Origin: Zygnema circumcarinatum SAG 698-1b | Taxonomy: Eukaryota; Plantae; Zygnematophyceae | Reading direction: 5' to 3' | Assembly: GCA_037447605.1 (NCBI GenBank) | Contig: CM074808.1 | Location: 1,612,001-1,676,000 of the forward strand | Length of the DNA: 64,000 nucleotides | Part shown: piece after piece, positions 1 to 10,514 of the stretch | Position numbering within the stretch: the stretch's first letter is position 1 | Layout: each line of letters begins with the position of its first letter | Translations under genes and position numbers: made by a program | Notes under the pieces: generated by a model | Seen by the model: the letters and a program-made list of their open reading frames with translations, nothing else | Told to the model about the DNA's origin: nothing | Database searches by the model: none

Positions 1-407
1 TCTAAACCACTTTAGGTTTGGGCGGGTCCGCTAAGCGGAGTGGAGTGCGGTAACAAGTGCATGGCGCACACCTTCGAATGCATCCTGGCATTCAGGGGTC
101 CATGTAAAGGGGACACCGGAACGTGTCAAATTAGTCAAGGGAGTAACCAGTTTACTAAACCCTTGGATGAACTTACGAAAATAATTCGCAAAGCCTAGAA
201 AAGACCGCAACTGATGCAAGTCAGTCGGTGGCGCCCAAGTTTCTACCGCGGAAACTTTGGCAGGGTCAGGCCGAAGGCCCTGATCATTGAGAATATGCCC
301 AAGATAAAGCAACTCGCGCTGCATGAAGTGACACTTCTTCCTCTTGGCATAAAATTGGTGTTTCCTCAGGGTCTCAAACACTTTCCGAACGTGTTCAAGA
401 TGTTCCT

Positions 408-417
408 NNNNNNNNNN
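408..417. other. Assembly gap (10 N) inside the RT region
   Basis: Run of n characters. Confidence 1.
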
Positions 418-1725
418 AAGATGGGCGCCCCAAAGGGGCTTTGACTGGGTTCTATCCAGCCCTTTTCACGTAAAGTTGCCAACTGCTTTCGCATCTCTTC
501 GGTTTCTTTCGGGCTTAACCGATAGATCGGCCGCCAAGGCGGCTTTTGCTCAGGCTCAAGAGGGATTGTGTGCCCCACTCCTCTAGATGGTGGCAACCCT
601 CTTGGAAGGTCGTCAGGGAAAACATCCCTGAACTCATCCAACAGAGGTTGGATTTTGGGTGGAACGGCCGAGAGCACATCCGTAGATGTGATCTGCCATT
701 CCTGATCTTCGTCATGAACATCCTCAGTGGCTGCCATGACATGCACCATGAACAAGGTGCAACCTTCCTTAACTGCTTTGGCCAATTGCATAGCTGAGCA
801 GAGATAAGGAGTGGCAGGCTGCTTGATAGCAGCGGATGTGGCTCTGCCAGGGTGCAGGGTAAGCCGCCTATCACCACTGTGCAGAATGCAATGTGGGACA
901 GAAAAGTCCATTTGTGCCTTGACCATGGTTAACCAAGCACTCCCCAAAATAACATCAGTACCAGGGGCCAGTTGTGTTAGAAGACACTTGACTGCCCCGG
1001 AGTAGGATTGGAGCTTGATTTTGAGTGTGACGCTACCAGAGATCTGGCCCTTGCGTCCATCCCCGAAAGTAACACTTTCTGAATGGGGATCTGTGGTCAA
1101 CTGAAATCTCCGGGTGAATGCAGAAGTAACAAAGTTAGCATCTGCCCCAGTATCTAGCAGTAGAACTGCTGGGTGACCATTGGCTGATCCGATGAAGGTC
1201 ATGGCACGATGGGCAAGGTGGAACATAGATCGCACTATATGCGAAGGTTGAGGACGAGTCGTCCTCCACACCAATGTGTAGGGTGAGCCAACCAGCAAGC
1301 TGGTGGATCCTTCCATGTCTTGCACCAACGTGTGCCCTTTCCTCAACTGTTTCACCAACCGCCAAGTGGCGTTGGGAAAGATGCGAACTGCCATGTGCTG
1401 AGGAACCAGCACATGCAGCCCAAGGACATGGGAGGTGTTTCCCATGACATGCAAAGCATCCATGGCACATTGCATGAGAACATCATTGCCCATGACATTG
1501 AGGATAAAGACATACCAATCACCATTCATCACTACATCCATAAACCCAGAAGGAGTCACTACAGTGGCAGGGGAAAGAGAAATGGAAGAAGGGAGTACAT
1601 CAAACACAAAGAGATCTTGCACTCCCAAAGGCCTGTCCACCAAGTTAAGAATGTCCAGGGTTCTAAGAAACAAGAGTCTTTTATCCCTGATGGCAGCCCC
1701 ATTCCCTCCCCCTAGCCTAGCATGT

Positions 1726-1769
1726 CCACCAGCAACGACCCCTAAGCTGCTGGTGGGTTGGGGTTTTCC
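1726..1769 (-). promoter_or_regulatory. Putative -1 programmed ribosomal frameshift signal at the gag/pol junction
   Basis: Minus strand reads G GAA AAC (1769-1763), a 6-nt spacer CCCAAC, then stem CCACCAGCAGC / GTTGCTGGTGG (11 bp with one G-U) around a 9-nt loop. The gag stop TAG is at 1744-1742, and the -1 frame is the open pol frame. Confidence 0.75.
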
Positions 1770-1794
1770 GGCCCCTTGCCCTTCTTGTCCTTGG

Positions 1795-1804
1795 NNNNNN
1801 NNNN
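1795..1804. other. Assembly gap (10 N); probably hides most of gag
   Basis: Run of n characters. Confidence 1.
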
Positions 1805-3084
1805 CAATAAGCAACATGTGACAGCGCAGCCTATTGCTGTGTGCCACGTGTCCAACCTAGATTCCTCCAGTTCAGACCATCAGAACAGGACCTAGCGCCC
1901 TGTTCCCATTACAACTAGATCACCTAAGGACGACCGACACTACTGAGGATCGTACGGTGTACTTTCTAGGCTTAGATCCCTATCGTACACTACACTTTCC
2001 GAGTTGAAACTCATAATTATTGGATGTTTCAGAACTGACGTTTGTTAGTGGCTGCCTTCACCAAACAGGCGATGTGACGCTGTACTGTTCTCCGAGGATC
2101 AAAAACGACAGTCAGATTGCAGCTAACGCCGGTGAGCATTTTTCCATATGCGCCGGTATTTTCCCCTCATGCATCAAACAGTTTCAGTGGACGTCTCCCT
2201 CATGGTTGGGAGGCAGGACGCCGATCCCGATCGGAACAGTGCAAGTGGCAGGAAGTAGTTAGCATGTGGAAGCATGTGACGAATGAAAAGGAGATTTCGG
2301 AAACCCTGAATCTGCAGGAGTTCTTTCAACCAGTTTGGAGATGTAATCTGATATTGTGAGAGGGTGAGATTGGCAGAAAGAGGAAGTAGAGAGACAGAGA
2401 GAGGAAGAGAGAGACAGAGAGAAAGGTAGTGAGCAACCATAAGCAAACTTGAAATTCAGTAGGAAAGAGAGGGTAGTTCCGGGATATCCTCAACTGCTGC
2501 TTCCCCAGTCTTCTAGTGCACATCACACAGAACGGGGATTCAGTATAGTTAAGCGTGCTGCGACCGCCGTGCAGCGTAACTGTAACTGAAACGTAACTGT
2601 AGCTGCGACATTGTTCGCCCGCCCGGTACATGTACGGATCACGACCGGGGTTCCATCGAGCGGGCGTAAAATCGTTTTACGGGAGAATATCGGTTTCCCT
2701 GACATCAGCGTTTCGCAATCAGCGCTCGCCACGTGCTCGCCGCCAATTTGCTGTGAGCTCTGCGGCCTCAACCGGCGGTCACCGCGCGTCGATGGCGGAG
2801 AGCCAGCGTGGCAACCCCATCCGACGTGGCGACGCGCTATTGGGCACTTCCTTTTCGCCACGTCAGTGTATTGCCACAATTGTGTCGTGACATCCACGCC
2901 ACGTCGGCGCCACGTTGCACGGAGGGTGCGATGTGCTTCACGAGCTGTTGGGACGACAACTTCGGAATTCCGCGAGTGGGTTGGGCCGACGTGGCGTGCT
3001 TCGGGCCGCCTGCACGGCCGCCCCGCCGCCTGCCTCCGCGGGGCCGTTTGGCAACTGCCTCTCACTAGGGTTGGGGGCACGGTC

Positions 3085-3152
3085 CCCCTCCGACCCGTGC
3101 CCAGGGGCACGTGGGGGGGGGGGCATGCCCCTTTTTCGTGCCCCGTGACGTG
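3085..3152. repeat. GC-rich palindromic repeat unit (GTGCCC/GGGCAC, GGGCATGCCC), related to 3650-3885
   Basis: GTGCCCAGGGGCAC...G-run...GGGCATGCCCC TTTTTCGTGCCCCGTGACGTGA; the end is an inverted match to TCACGTGACAGGGGGCACG...GGCACGAAA at about 3689-3720. Confidence 0.65.
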
Positions 3153-3206
3153 ACTGCATTGAGCAATTCAAATCGGCCCCAAAAAGAATATAATATTTTA
3201 AAAATG

Positions 3207-3299
3207 GTACGAATGAAGGTACGGACAGTACAGATGAATGTACGAAACGTACGGATCAAGGTACAAATGTACGGAAAATATGAAAAGTACGGACAGTAC
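3207..3299. repeat. Degenerate short tandem array with 9 GTAC cores
   Basis: ggtacgaa/ggtacgga/agtacaga/tgtacgaa/cgtacgga/ggtacaaa/tgtacgga/agtacgga/agtact within 93 bp. Confidence 0.8.
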
Positions 3300-3649
3300 T
3301 CAACACAACTCTCAAAACTGAGGATCCAGCACAGAACAGTTTTTTAGCTTTTAGTTCTCACCTCTCAACTCTCCTAATGCCTCTTCTCACTTGTATTACC
3401 CCTCTTATCGCTTGTCTGCCTCCCACTCCTCACCCTAAGAGAGAGAGAGAGAGAGACAGACCACATCTACAAGGGTGTGTTAAGCAGGTCGTGAAGACAA
3501 CAAAATCGAACAGATTTTTGCGTGTTACTATTACTGTACACATAGTTACTGAGTGAGATCAATGCCAAATCATTTTACTGAGTGCTTTTTCTCTCTTTTC
3601 TTTTTTGTTAGAAAGAGATAGTTGCGATGCGGAACTGAACGCTGTCTTC

Positions 3650-3885
3650 AATCGTCACCGGCCCGGGCCCGGTCGTACGAGGTAAGCGTCACGTGACAGG
3701 GGGCACGGGGGGGCACGAAATATATGGGGAAAATTTTTGGAGGCGTGCCCCGGGCACGGACGGTCAAAAATGGGGGGCATGCCCCCCCCCCCGGGCATGC
3801 CCCCCCCCGGGCATGCCCCCCCCCCGGGCATGCCCCCCCCCGGGCATGCCCCCCCCCGGGCATGCCCGTGCCCCCGTGCCCCCAA
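3650..3885. repeat. Tandem GGGCATGCCC(C)n repeat with flanking GC palindromes
   Basis: Six consecutive gggcatgccc palindromes at about 3775-3866, separated by C-runs; also gtgccccgggcac nearby. Confidence 0.85.
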
Positions 3886-4041
3886 CCCTACCTCTCACTC
3901 TCGCTCTCGCTCTCACTCTCACTCCGTCTGAGGTCGACCCTCGGAGCGAGGGAGGGAGGGAAGGGCTGCCCGCCCGCGCGCGACGGACGGTTCCATGCTC
4001 CAACACGGCGACGACTCCGTTCGGTATTATATTCCAAGGAG

Positions 4042-4275
4042 CCTGGTTGCCAACCATTGGCGCCCGATCGAAACAACCATTCGAATGGTTCGGAACCAGT
4101 GGATGCCAATGGTTGGCAACCATTCGACTGGTCGTCAACCAGTAGACGTCCAACCATTGCCATCCAATGGTTGTCCAGTGGTTGCCGATCCACTGGGTCG
4201 ACCTGTGCAATGGTTCGCAAGCTCGCAACCATTCCAACGGTTGATCCAACCAATGGTCCGACCTGTGCAATTTTT
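4042..4275. repeat. Truncated copy of the hairpin/foldback repeat family of 11661-12314
   Basis: caaccattcgactggtcgtcaaccagtagacgtccaaccattgccatccaatggtt is the near-perfect reverse complement of about 11695-11748. The copy ends in ccgacctgtgcaattttt, like the 12290-12314 terminus. Confidence 0.85.
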
Positions 4276-4387
4276 CCCTCCGACGGCGACGGCCGGACCC
4301 GCACCGCTATTCGACAGATTGCGCGGCCATACTGTCAAACTGGGTTTGAGCGGGCGCCGGGGAACAAGGAGGCGAGGCAGCCATGAC

Positions 4388-7300
4388 ATGAGAGACATGA
4401 GAGCCATAGTCATGGGCATGGCGGGAGCAGTCACGGCGGGCGAGGCCGCGCTCTGGCCATGGCTGCTCTGCCTGGTGCTCATTCTCGTTGTTATTGCTGG
4501 CGCGCTTTATGTCGTTGTTATTACGGAGGGAAGGCGCCTTCCCGGAAATTCGCTGCTTGCTTGTTGCGCTCCAAGGGCGCAAAAGCGGGATGCTGCGGGA
4601 GAGGAATTGGTGTTCCTGCAGGGAAGAGGCATGGATGGGGTTCCCAGAGCGGTCGTTTTTGAGCAAGAGCTATGGCAGGCGTCTTACGGCAGTCTGCATT
4701 CTGGATGGCTGCTCGGATACCGTCTGGTAGTCTTTCTGTATGACGTGATAGTGCTTCTCTACGACCTTCTTCAGGGCGAGGGATTGCACGGTTATTTATT
4801 TTTCACACAGTAAGAGATTGCGCGGTATTTATTTATTTAGTTTGTGCATGGAGGAGACCGATGAGGCAATTTTATGAGATGCTTTCTTGTCTGAGGTAGG
4901 GAATGCGAGGGAGAGAAAAATTGTCCATGATGATCAACCGGGGTGTTGAGGAGGGTTGCAGATGGAATTTTATCCTTCTGACCATTTATTTTGCGGTAAG
5001 CATATTCGTCTCTTCTTCCTCTCGTCCTTTCATTGAGTTGTTTCAATCATATCTCTCATTCTATGATCTCCTTCGATATAGTTTTCTGCATTAGCCAGAC
5101 TGGCTGCGTGTAGGGTTTGAAGTCGCAAATGACGTTTGGACCTTGCCTCCTGTCGCGTGGCCAATCTTACTGCTGGTTAACGGAAGGCTGCACTTCCAAG
5201 TTTATCATGTTGTCAGGTTATTCGATACTATTCAGTGCTCTCGATGTGGCAGTTTGCAGTAATGTAATCATACACCTAGCTTAAACAGGCCTTGGTAGCC
5301 TGCAGTGCTTTGCCAGGGCTCAACACAATCTAGCACATTTGCAAATTTCCCCTCAGTAGCATGAAATGGCCCACTTTAGACTTTAGCGCCGCAGGTGCTC
5401 GTTTGCTCCGGGAAGTCTGAAAAAACTTTTTATTCTGCTTTCCACTTTCTCACCTTTTTTTGGTATGTCCCTGTTTGAAACTCTTAGCATTTCCATTTTT
5501 TCTTTTTGTCTCTGCATCCAAACGTCAGATGCTTTAACAATTGTGACGCACTCTGGAAAGCAACTTTGATTTTACAAGCAATTGGTGACCCTTACGTTTT
5601 AAAGAAACTGATTTAGTTATGTGATTCAGATAGGCTCTTGGTTCAGCTTCAAGGCCATCGTCCTGAGCAAGGCCATCAACGAGACCGAGGAGTCCACTTT
5701 CTTATCATGTGAAACTCGTGAGGACATGGACCCATGTTTGGATTTATCCAGAGGAAGCCGGAAGACCTACCTGAGGAAACGCGTTGCTGAACAGGAGAAC
5801 GCCGGCTTTCTCGGCTACACAATGCAAGCATTGTATCAGGTGTCTGATCGTTTTCTAGCATTAGCTTTTACTCTATGGTGTCCACTTTTTCGTCTTTAAG
5901 AACTTTGTCCTATCTAGTGACTGGGTGACTGATGGTCGGAAGTGATTTTCCTGTGCAGATAATTTTACCCATGGCGCTTCTTGTCGACGGGGTCTTTTGG
6001 GGAATTCTCTATCCCGAGGCTGTTAGAGATCATCATGCAGCAGCGCTCTTGAACTTTGTGAGACTTTGATGATTTCCCTATTTGTTGCTCTGAGTTGCAA
6101 ATGTCTGACTGCAAGCACTCCGCTCCCTACACCTTGTCGAAACCCTGGAGACTGAGGACTGCGGTTACGCATTGCAGGTCAGCTATAACGAGCATGGCGC
6201 AAATCTAGCAATGTGTATTGGAGAGTTCGCTTTGAACAGCATGGTGAGACTTGTGTTTCACCCGATGTACTGAACCGTTTTTACACCTTGCATGCTGTCA
6301 AACACAATAAGTTCAAGATAAGAAAAAAATCGAATTGTCTCTTATCTTGAACATATTGTATCTACACACAGTGCATAGAAAGTAAATTAAGTGTAATGAC
6401 ACTATAATTTAGACACGAAAATTATTAGTTCATTTTTGGATTGTATACGCAGAAGACTTAAACGAAAGACGAATTTCAAGTAGTTTAAAAGTTACTCAAA
6501 CCTCTTTGTGTTTAGAATTGAAAAAGCGAAACCGTAGTTGCGTGTTTATGTCCGTCCAGGTTAAGGATATACCGAAGCCGTAGCGAAGCGAGTCGTGATA
6601 TTTTATTAATTCGATCTGTCTCCAAAAAAAGCAGAGTGACTGTTTAACAAACCACAGAAGTCGAGAGTGCATCTGATTCATTACTGCGCGAACATGGGGG
6701 CAATCTATGCAGCGGTTTCCGTGGTTTCGTGTGGCCTATGTGTTGCTTTGGGGCCTCACCTATTTGCTTTTCCAATGGACTATGCACGATGTCTTTGGGC
6801 ACAGGTGGGTCAACGCCATGTCGGCATTGAATTCCTTCAGATCACGCCCTTTGTGGACTTTGCACTTTATTTTTCATCAAGCCGCAAACAATAGTTTATT
6901 GCTTAACTAGATTCATGTATGCGATGTTGCTCTAAGGTGCATGTGTTGGGGAGAACTGACGAGCAACTGGACGATGGGGTACAGATGGGCCTACAGCTTC
7001 CTCGTAAATAACGTTCCAACTGCCCCTCTCTGGTGAGTTGCATCCTCCCAATCCATGGCGTTGCTTGTGCTGCCTGTATATGGCATTCCTGCATCATATT
7101 TGTTATAAATTGACAAGGTCCCTGGCCTTTTTAGGCCTCAGCTTTATCATCATGCAGGAGCAGGCCCTAAAGTTGATTGTTGATTAAAGTTGATTTGTGA
7201 GTAATGGGTTTTTTTGTGGATTCAGGTACATCGGTTTGCTCCTTTTCCTTCTGGCATGCTTCGCCCTCTGGTTGCAGCTGCATAACCTTCACGCAGCACT

Positions 7301-7406
7301 TTCTCCCCGCTCGCCCGAGTGGTTGCGGTATCTCACCGACGGTGCAGAAGTCCTCTGCGCTTCATCCCCACCAATGCCAACTGATCGGAATGCAAGCAAC
7401 ACTTAG
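4388..7406 (+). CDS. Multi-pass membrane protein of the plant/animal rolling-stone-like family (8 exons)
   Basis: Spliced reading gives YLFFTQ|WNFILLTIYFA|IGSWFS...AGFLGYTMQALYQ|IILPMALLVDGVFWGILYP...LNF|VSYNEHGANLAMCIGEFALNSM|RFPWFRVAYVLLWGLTYLLFQW...|WAYSFL...APLW|YIGLLLFLLACFALW...*. All introns are GT-AG and in phase. The motifs (FTQW, HxxN, FPWFR, WxYxFL) match the family from memory. Confidence 0.85.
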
Positions 7407-8363
7407 TTTATCACTATTTTGTTTGTAAAATTTAAGATTGACTCGGCTCCTCAGCAGCAGTTTGGCATCATCCGTCTGCAAACTCGCGTTTTACAGTGAC
7501 CACCTCACCACAACTGCAGAGTTGCGTTCGCATTTGAATTGCCCCTTTTTAAGGTGAGACGCGCGTAGGTGGACAAGTGACCGTCTGAGCCCCCTCCTTT
7601 TTTGGAGGGCTCACATGGAGCCTGTATTTTTCAGGGTGATGAAAATTCCTTAGTAAGTTAGCAGCGACCTTACATGATATGGTTAATGTGCGACTAGGAA
7701 CCACAGGAGTTGCAATGTCACCTTGTAAATGGCCACATATGGAAACTATCACTTTGTAAATGATCAAAAATCAACCTTTTTGTGGCTCGTTAGATGTTGA
7801 GTTGGTCACGACTTTTTTTCAGAGAACAGTGGTTTGAAACACGATGAAGGGCTGTTCATGCTTGTTGTTTGTGTCGTTCATGTTTTCGTTCAAGACTTTG
7901 TTTTGCTCACAGTGTGTTGTCTCCCATGTTCGTTTCGTGCATGCACCTTTTGTGGTTGTTGTTGGAGTAGAGGGATTACTCCTGCACGGAATCTGTGACC
8001 CAAACTGCCATCATTTCTGCATGTTGTTCCTTCATGCCTGTGCTCGTGCAGCGAATGGACTCATGAGATCAGAACCTTCTGAGGGGGCGACTGAAGTGCT
8101 CTGTTTGCAGCCCTCCGCCTGCAGGACCTGCAGAACGCAGGTCATTGGAGCACAGTACTGTGTGCCAATGCAACTAGAGTTACAACATTGACTTGTTGTA
8201 CAATGTACAAACAATCTTGGCATTTGGAAGCAGTAGAGTTATCTTTGCCGATAAGTGTAGTGCAAGCCGCGTGCGTCGCCTTCACTTGAAACATGAAAAT
8301 GAAACAATGTACTTAGCCTGACGATTCGAATCTTTTCGATATAGGTAATGGAAGAAAAAAAAA

Positions 8364-8532
8364 GGGTAGTGATATTTCCACCCCTTTTTTGGATCCAAAC
8401 ACCCCTGCCCGGCCGGGCAGACATAAAAAAGGACAAATAACGGAAAATGGCGTTTTCACACATTCTTAGAATCGATACAACACCTTTTTCCGTCGGGCAA
8501 ATTTTATTTTACAAAAAAAAGGTCGAAACCCT
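8364..8532 (+). repeat. MULE left terminal inverted repeat
   Basis: Reverse complement of 11432-11599 with only a few mismatches. Confidence 0.95.
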
Positions 8533-8595
8533 AAAGAGTGCGTCCGCCCTGCCCCATCAACCCCCCCCTTCAAGCAGTTCGCGCGACGCACCAGA

Positions 8596-10514
8596 TGATG
8601 GAGTTCGCCACGCGGGAGGAGTTGATTGAAGATCTCAGGAACAGCCATAAACAGGAAGGAGTGGTACTCACCGTCAAGAGGAGCAAGGAGAAACGGGTGG
8701 TCCTAAAGTGTGACCGAGGTGGGCTGTATGAAAACCGTTTAAACTTGACAGATGGAACTCGTCAAAGGAAAACGCATACAAGACTCACTAACTGTGAGTT
8801 TGAAATCATATGCTCATCACTAAAGGGTGTTTGGGCAGTTCGCAAAATTTGCGGCAGTCACAACCATGAGCTAGATGTCAACTTGGCAGGCCATGCAGTG
8901 ACACGACGCTTAAGCAGTCCAGAGAAGGCTAGAGTGCGAGCACTTAGTGGCCAAGGCTTGGCACCAAAGAATGTTATCAGCGTTCTTCGAGAAGAGTTTG
9001 GAAATAGCCGCTCAACAGCCAGGGACATCTACAACGAGCTTAAGGTTGCTCGAGCAGAGGAGTTAAGAGACCGCAGACCCATTGAAGCATTAGTGGAGCT
9101 AATCTCCTGTACGAACTATTTCAGTAAGGTACGGCTGGTGGGAGGCGTGGTTGATTGTGTGTTCTTTATGCACCAATCATCAGTCAATATGTGCCAGACA
9201 TTCAATACAGTCTTCCTTCTTGACTGCACCTACAAGACTAATAAGTTTGGCATGCCTCTACTGAATGTGGTTGGCATCACATCCACGTATGCAACATTTA
9301 ATGCTGGCTTTGCGTTCATGCACGAGGAAAACGAGGAGGCATACACCTGGGTTTTGCAACAATTTTCTGTGGTTGTAACTCCTAAGGTCCTATGCACGGA
9401 CCGAGAGTTGGCTTTAATGAACGGGATTGCACAAGTCTTTCCGGGCTGCCACAATATCCTTTGTTGTTGGCATATTAATAAAAACGTGCTTGCTAATTGC
9501 AAGATAAGCTTCTCTGATGTCGAATGGGAGGAGTTTATGAAGCGATGGAATCTGGTTGTCTCGAGCAAATCGGTTGAACTCTTTGAGGCGGCTTTAGGTG
9601 CGTTTAAAGAGACTTACTTAAAAAGTCACCCAGCTGCTTGGCATTACGTTAACAAGACATGGATGCCATACAAGGAGAGATTTGTAGCATGCTTTGTAGA
9701 TGAGTTTCCCCACTTTGGTAATGCTAGCACATCTCGAGTAGAGGGAAACCATCATAAGATCAAGTCATATCTTGGTGTGGGAACATTGCACTTATTTCTG
9801 GCAACAAAGCGGTTGGGGCTTATGCTGGCTAATCAACAGGTAGAACTCAATGCTGCTATTGAGAAGCAGAAACAACGATTGGCACATCGTTTCAACCATC
9901 ATTGTTTCAAGGATTTGATCTTCAAGGTTTCTGAATTTGCTTTGGACAAACTGTTGGAACAGTTAAAACTGGCTGAAAATGGGGGATATGAAGAGCAGAT
10001 ATGCAGTATGCAGTTCAGAAAGTCATGGGGACTACCCTGTCATCATTATATTCGGGGCTGTTTAGAAACCAAAACTCCAATCTACTTACAAGATATTCAT
10101 GAGCAGTGGCTATTGATCAGGAATCCTTTGGCTTTTCCAAGTGTCAATGTAGTTGCGCTACCATATGAACCATTTATGGAGAAGATGACAGGTACTTTAC
10201 AAGAAGTACTCAGTGTTGGGAATCCTCGTGCAGGCAGCTTGATGGCTCGCCTTAGTGAAGTCCTGGATACGCCAGAAGTCGAAATTCAAGAGCCTTTAGT
10301 TGTAGTTAAGAAACGTGGTAGACCAGCAGGTTCTAAGAAGAAGACAAGCATCATCAGAGATAAATCTCACTTTGAATATGTAGAAGGACCTAAGTGTAGG
10401 GTTTGTAGTCAAGCAGGGCATAACTCCAGAACTTGCTCGCAAAAAGTGATCACCATCGATGAAGGACCTTCCCAGCTGCTTTCAGAGGGGGCAGGGTGGT
10501 TGAGCTTAGGGTAA
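8596..10514 (+). CDS. MULE/FAR1-type DDE transposase (first ATG at 8596; C-terminus may be extended by splicing)
   Basis: N-terminal FAR1/WRKY-GCM1-like zinc domain (C...C...HNH), catalytic LLDCTYKTN, TDRELAL, CCWHINKN and SRVEGNH motifs, SWIM-like CSMQFRKSWGLPCHH, AT-hook-like KKRGRP, zinc knuckle CRVCSQAGHNSRTC. No internal stops. Confidence 0.95.

Larger units (their letters stand above)
31..1794 (-). mobile_element. Ty3/gypsy LTR-retrotransposon internal fragment (gag C-terminus, protease, reverse transcriptase), broken by two assembly gaps and truncated before RNase H
   Basis: Minus-strand ORFs give an aspartic protease motif (VLLLDTGADANFV), RT N-terminus (FRDVFPDDLPRGLPP...HTIPL...PIYRLSPKE...GWIEPSQSPFGAPI) and RT C-terminus (YLGHIL...PDPAKVSAVETW...LRSFLGFANYFRKFI...FTWT). 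The PR-RT order is gypsy-type. A gag-like tail KDKKGKGPENPNPPAA* ends at 1742 in another frame. Confidence 0.93.

Noticed and set aside
1320-1715. Plus-strand His-rich ORF as an integrase zinc-finger fragment
   Set aside because: It is the in-register antisense of the pol frame, has no proper HHCC spacing, and its His richness follows from the CAT/CAC excess.
1805-2600. 5' LTR and primer-binding site of the gypsy element
   Set aside because: A TG start (TGTGACAGCG, about 1816) is suggestive, but there is no second LTR, no tRNA-complementary PBS and no TSD in the window, and a gap intervenes.
3648-3931. Pro/Gly-rich ORFs (GGHARGG, PPPGHAPP)
   Set aside because: These are translations of the GGGCATGCCC tandem repeat.
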